DNA of 64,000 nt. Origin: Alcanivorax sp. GTDB taxonomy: Bacteria; Pseudomonadota; Gammaproteobacteria; Pseudomonadales; Alcanivoracaceae. The position numbers were made by a program, and so were the translations under genes. Each line of letters opens with the position of its first letter. Positions within the stretch are counted from its first letter, which is position 1. The notes under the pieces are model-generated. The model was not told the DNA's origin and searched no databases. It saw only the letters and a program-made list of their open reading frames with translations. Below are positions 62,151-64,000 of the stretch, one piece after another. The stretch is taken from NCBI GenBank assembly GCA_013823245.1, contig PNLU01000003.1, positions 4,427 through 68,426 of the forward strand, given 5' to 3'.

Positions 62151-62585
62151 TCAGGATGCGGCGTCTTCGGCCTCTTCCTGCTCTGCAGCACGCCGTGCGG
62201 CGGCTACCTTCTCCGCTTCCGCATCACGCAGCGTCTTCAGGCGCTGCTCTGCCATGCGGTTGGCAATGATGATGGCCACGGCCGCCACAAACGGGATAGC
62301 GCCCAACAGCGCCACCAGCCCGAGCACGGCCAGGATGATGCCCCAGGCCGCCCCCTTCACCATGAACATCATCATGCCCATGAACACCAGTGCCGACATG
62401 GCCGAGGCGAAATAGGCCAACATCAGCGATTGGAGAAATTGCTGGTGCGCCTCCACATCCAGCGGCAGCCAACCCACCATGACGGCGCCCAGAAATATGC
62501 CGATCAGGATCGCCACCACGAACATGATCAACATCATGCGGCGGCGCAGCTCGATCACCCTGATCATGCGCTGATTTTCGTTCAT
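62151..62585 (-). CDS. Hypothetical membrane protein (about 4 TM)
   Basis: GGAGAG RBS, several hydrophobic helices, charged C-terminal tail. Confidence 0.6.
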   Translation of the reverse strand: MNENQRMIRVIELRRRMMLIMFVVAILIGIFLGAVMVGWLPLDVEAHQQFLQSLMLAYFASAMSALVFMGMMMFMVKGAAWGIILAVLGLVALLGAIPFVAAVAIIIANRMAEQRLKTLRDAEAEKVAAARRAAEQEEAEDAAS

Positions 62586-62599
62586 CTATGCTCTCCAGC

Positions 62600-62630
62600 A
62601 AAAAAAGGCCCCGGGGCAGGCCCCGGGGCC
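62600..62630 (-). terminator. Intrinsic terminator after the metallophosphoesterase gene
   Basis: GGCCCCGGGG-4 nt-CCCCGGGGCC stem followed by U7 on the minus strand. Confidence 0.75.
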
Positions 62631-62672
62631 CTTCACCATGCCCGTGCATGATACATGCCAGCGACGGGCTGG

Positions 62673-64000
62673 TCAGCCGCGACCGAGCAGACCTGCCAGC
62701 AGGTTGGTGATCGGCGCCAGCAGTTCCAGTATGCCGCCCACGGGTGACAGCACGTACTGATCCAGATGGAAAGCCACTTCGCGCGCGACAGACAACAACC
62801 CCGCCGACAGGAACTGCCCTGGCAGCACGGCAATATCACCGGCCTCTTCCGAAAACATGTCCAGCAACAGCACATCCCGCGCCACCGTATCCAGCGTCGC
62901 CTGAATATGCCCTACCAGCGCCGCCACCGCTGCACTGGAATCCAGATTGACGACGTCGGCCACCGCAATCGCCGCGCCCTGGGATACCGTACCAAGCACC
63001 CGGGTGATGCCCGCCAGCACCGGCACCTCGGCGGTCTGTGTGCCTACCCCTTCCAGAATATTTTCGATGTTGCGCGACAATTGCAGCAGCGGCCCGGCAA
63101 TCAGCACCAGATCATCACGGGCACTGCCCTGGCCGCGATCCATGCCACCCACCCCGGAGGCCAACGCAGCGAAAGCAGCGCCGAGCTGATCGAAGGGCGC
63201 GGGCAGATCAGCGGTATCGATACCGCTGAGCACATTGGCCGCCTCGATCACCGACAGCAGGCTCTGCTCCGCCGCATCATCGTCATCACCACCCAGCAAC
63301 GCCGCCACGCTGTCGAGGCTGTTGAACAGCACATCCAGGCCACCAATCAACGCAGAAATTGCTTCCTGATGGGGGCCGTCCGGCAGTTCCGTGGCGGCCA
63401 GATTGAGCCCGGACGTCAGGGCCGACTGAAAGGCCTGCAAAGGACCACTGAAAGCCGGATCGAAGCCAGTGCTGTCACCCGCCAGCTCGCGCAGTGCCGG
63501 GCCGACAAAGGGCACCGAGGAAAAACGATTCGGCGTCGGCAGTCCGGCGAGCGGCTGCTGGTCGTAGCAGTGCTGATACACCGGCTGCAATTGCCCGCCT
63601 GCCACAACCCCCATGCCGGTTTCATCGTCCGGGTCGACGACATAGGCTTCGGTACACATCCGGGCAGCACGCCCTTGCGCAGGGTCGGCATCCACCGCTT
63701 CCATCCAGAAGAAACCGTAGATATCCCCGCGCTGGAACCAGGCCGGGTTACGTTCGGTATCGGTCAGGCTGCGCGTCTTGCCCGCAGCGCCACTGATCAC
63801 GAATTCCGTGCGACCACAGCGATCCACCGCCTTGAGCTGTTGCAGATCATGATCGTGTCCGGCCATGTAGAAGTCGGCCTTGTCGCAAATGGCTTCCTCG
63901 AGAAAGTCGCGCCAGCGCTGTCCCGCCAGCACCGGCAGCAGGGCGCCGGGAATGCCATCGTAGTTACCCGCGTTACCGTGCAATCCGTTGGAGATGTAAG
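62673..64000 (-). CDS. Calcineurin-like metallophosphoesterase (purple acid phosphatase/TRAP-like) with a long helical C-terminal domain; 5' end beyond the window
   Basis: The frame stays open to the window edge (YISNGLHGNAG); GHDH, FVISGAAGK and YGFFWME motifs. Confidence 0.8.
   Translation of the reverse strand, partial: YISNGLHGNAGNYDGIPGALLPVLAGQRWRDFLEEAICDKADFYMAGHDHDLQQLKAVDRCGRTEFVISGAAGKTRSLTDTERNPAWFQRGDIYGFFWMEAVDADPAQGRAARMCTEAYVVDPDDETGMGVVAGGQLQPVYQHCYDQQPLAGLPTPNRFSSVPFVGPALRELAGDSTGFDPAFSGPLQAFQSALTSGLNLAATELPDGPHQEAISALIGGLDVLFNSLDSVAALLGGDDDDAAEQSLLSVIEAANVLSGIDTADLPAPFDQLGAAFAALASGVGGMDRGQGSARDDLVLIAGPLLQLSRNIENILEGVGTQTAEVPVLAGITRVLGTVSQGAAIAVADVVNLDSSAAVAALVGHIQATLDTVARDVLLLDMFSEEAGDIAVLPGQFLSAGLLSVAREVAFHLDQYVLSPVGGILELLAPITNLLAGLLGRG

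Overview
High-GC gammaproteobacterial chromosome segment. Gene order, hrcA and the tmRNA tag ANDDTYALAA suggest an Alcanivorax/Isoalcanivorax-like organism (inference). 1-28.6 kb is conserved housekeeping: infB-nusA-rimP, tRNA-fMet, tRNA-Leu, secG, tpiA, glmM, folP, ftsH, rlmE, yhbY, greA, carBA, dapB, dnaJK, grpE, hrcA, recN, fur, bamE, rnfH, an NSS transporter, smpB and ssrA. A ~14 kb island follows ssrA and is bounded by a 17-bp direct repeat of the tmRNA T-arm (28610-28626 / 42637-42653). It has no integrase and carries a WYL-led defence operon (WYL, hsdM, hsdS, hsdR, M48 peptidase, McrB, McrC) plus a divergent Fic-HTH gene. The most interesting uncharacterised locus is a tightly coupled six-gene operon at 43623-50992: PAS hybrid kinase, two stand-alone receiver proteins, TPR/YaiO-type outer-membrane barrel, membrane-anchored HEAT protein and processive GT2 synthase. 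It looks like a synthase-dependent exopolysaccharide system switched by phosphorelay rather than by c-di-GMP or a DNA-binding regulator (inference). The rest is a Zrg-like His-rich/ABC/DUF3299 operon, envelope enzymes, leuA with a divergent Lrp gene, a PhaC-like hydrolase with Ser in place of the catalytic Cys, and a partial metallophosphoesterase. Start codons were refined by eye where the ORF track over-extends.
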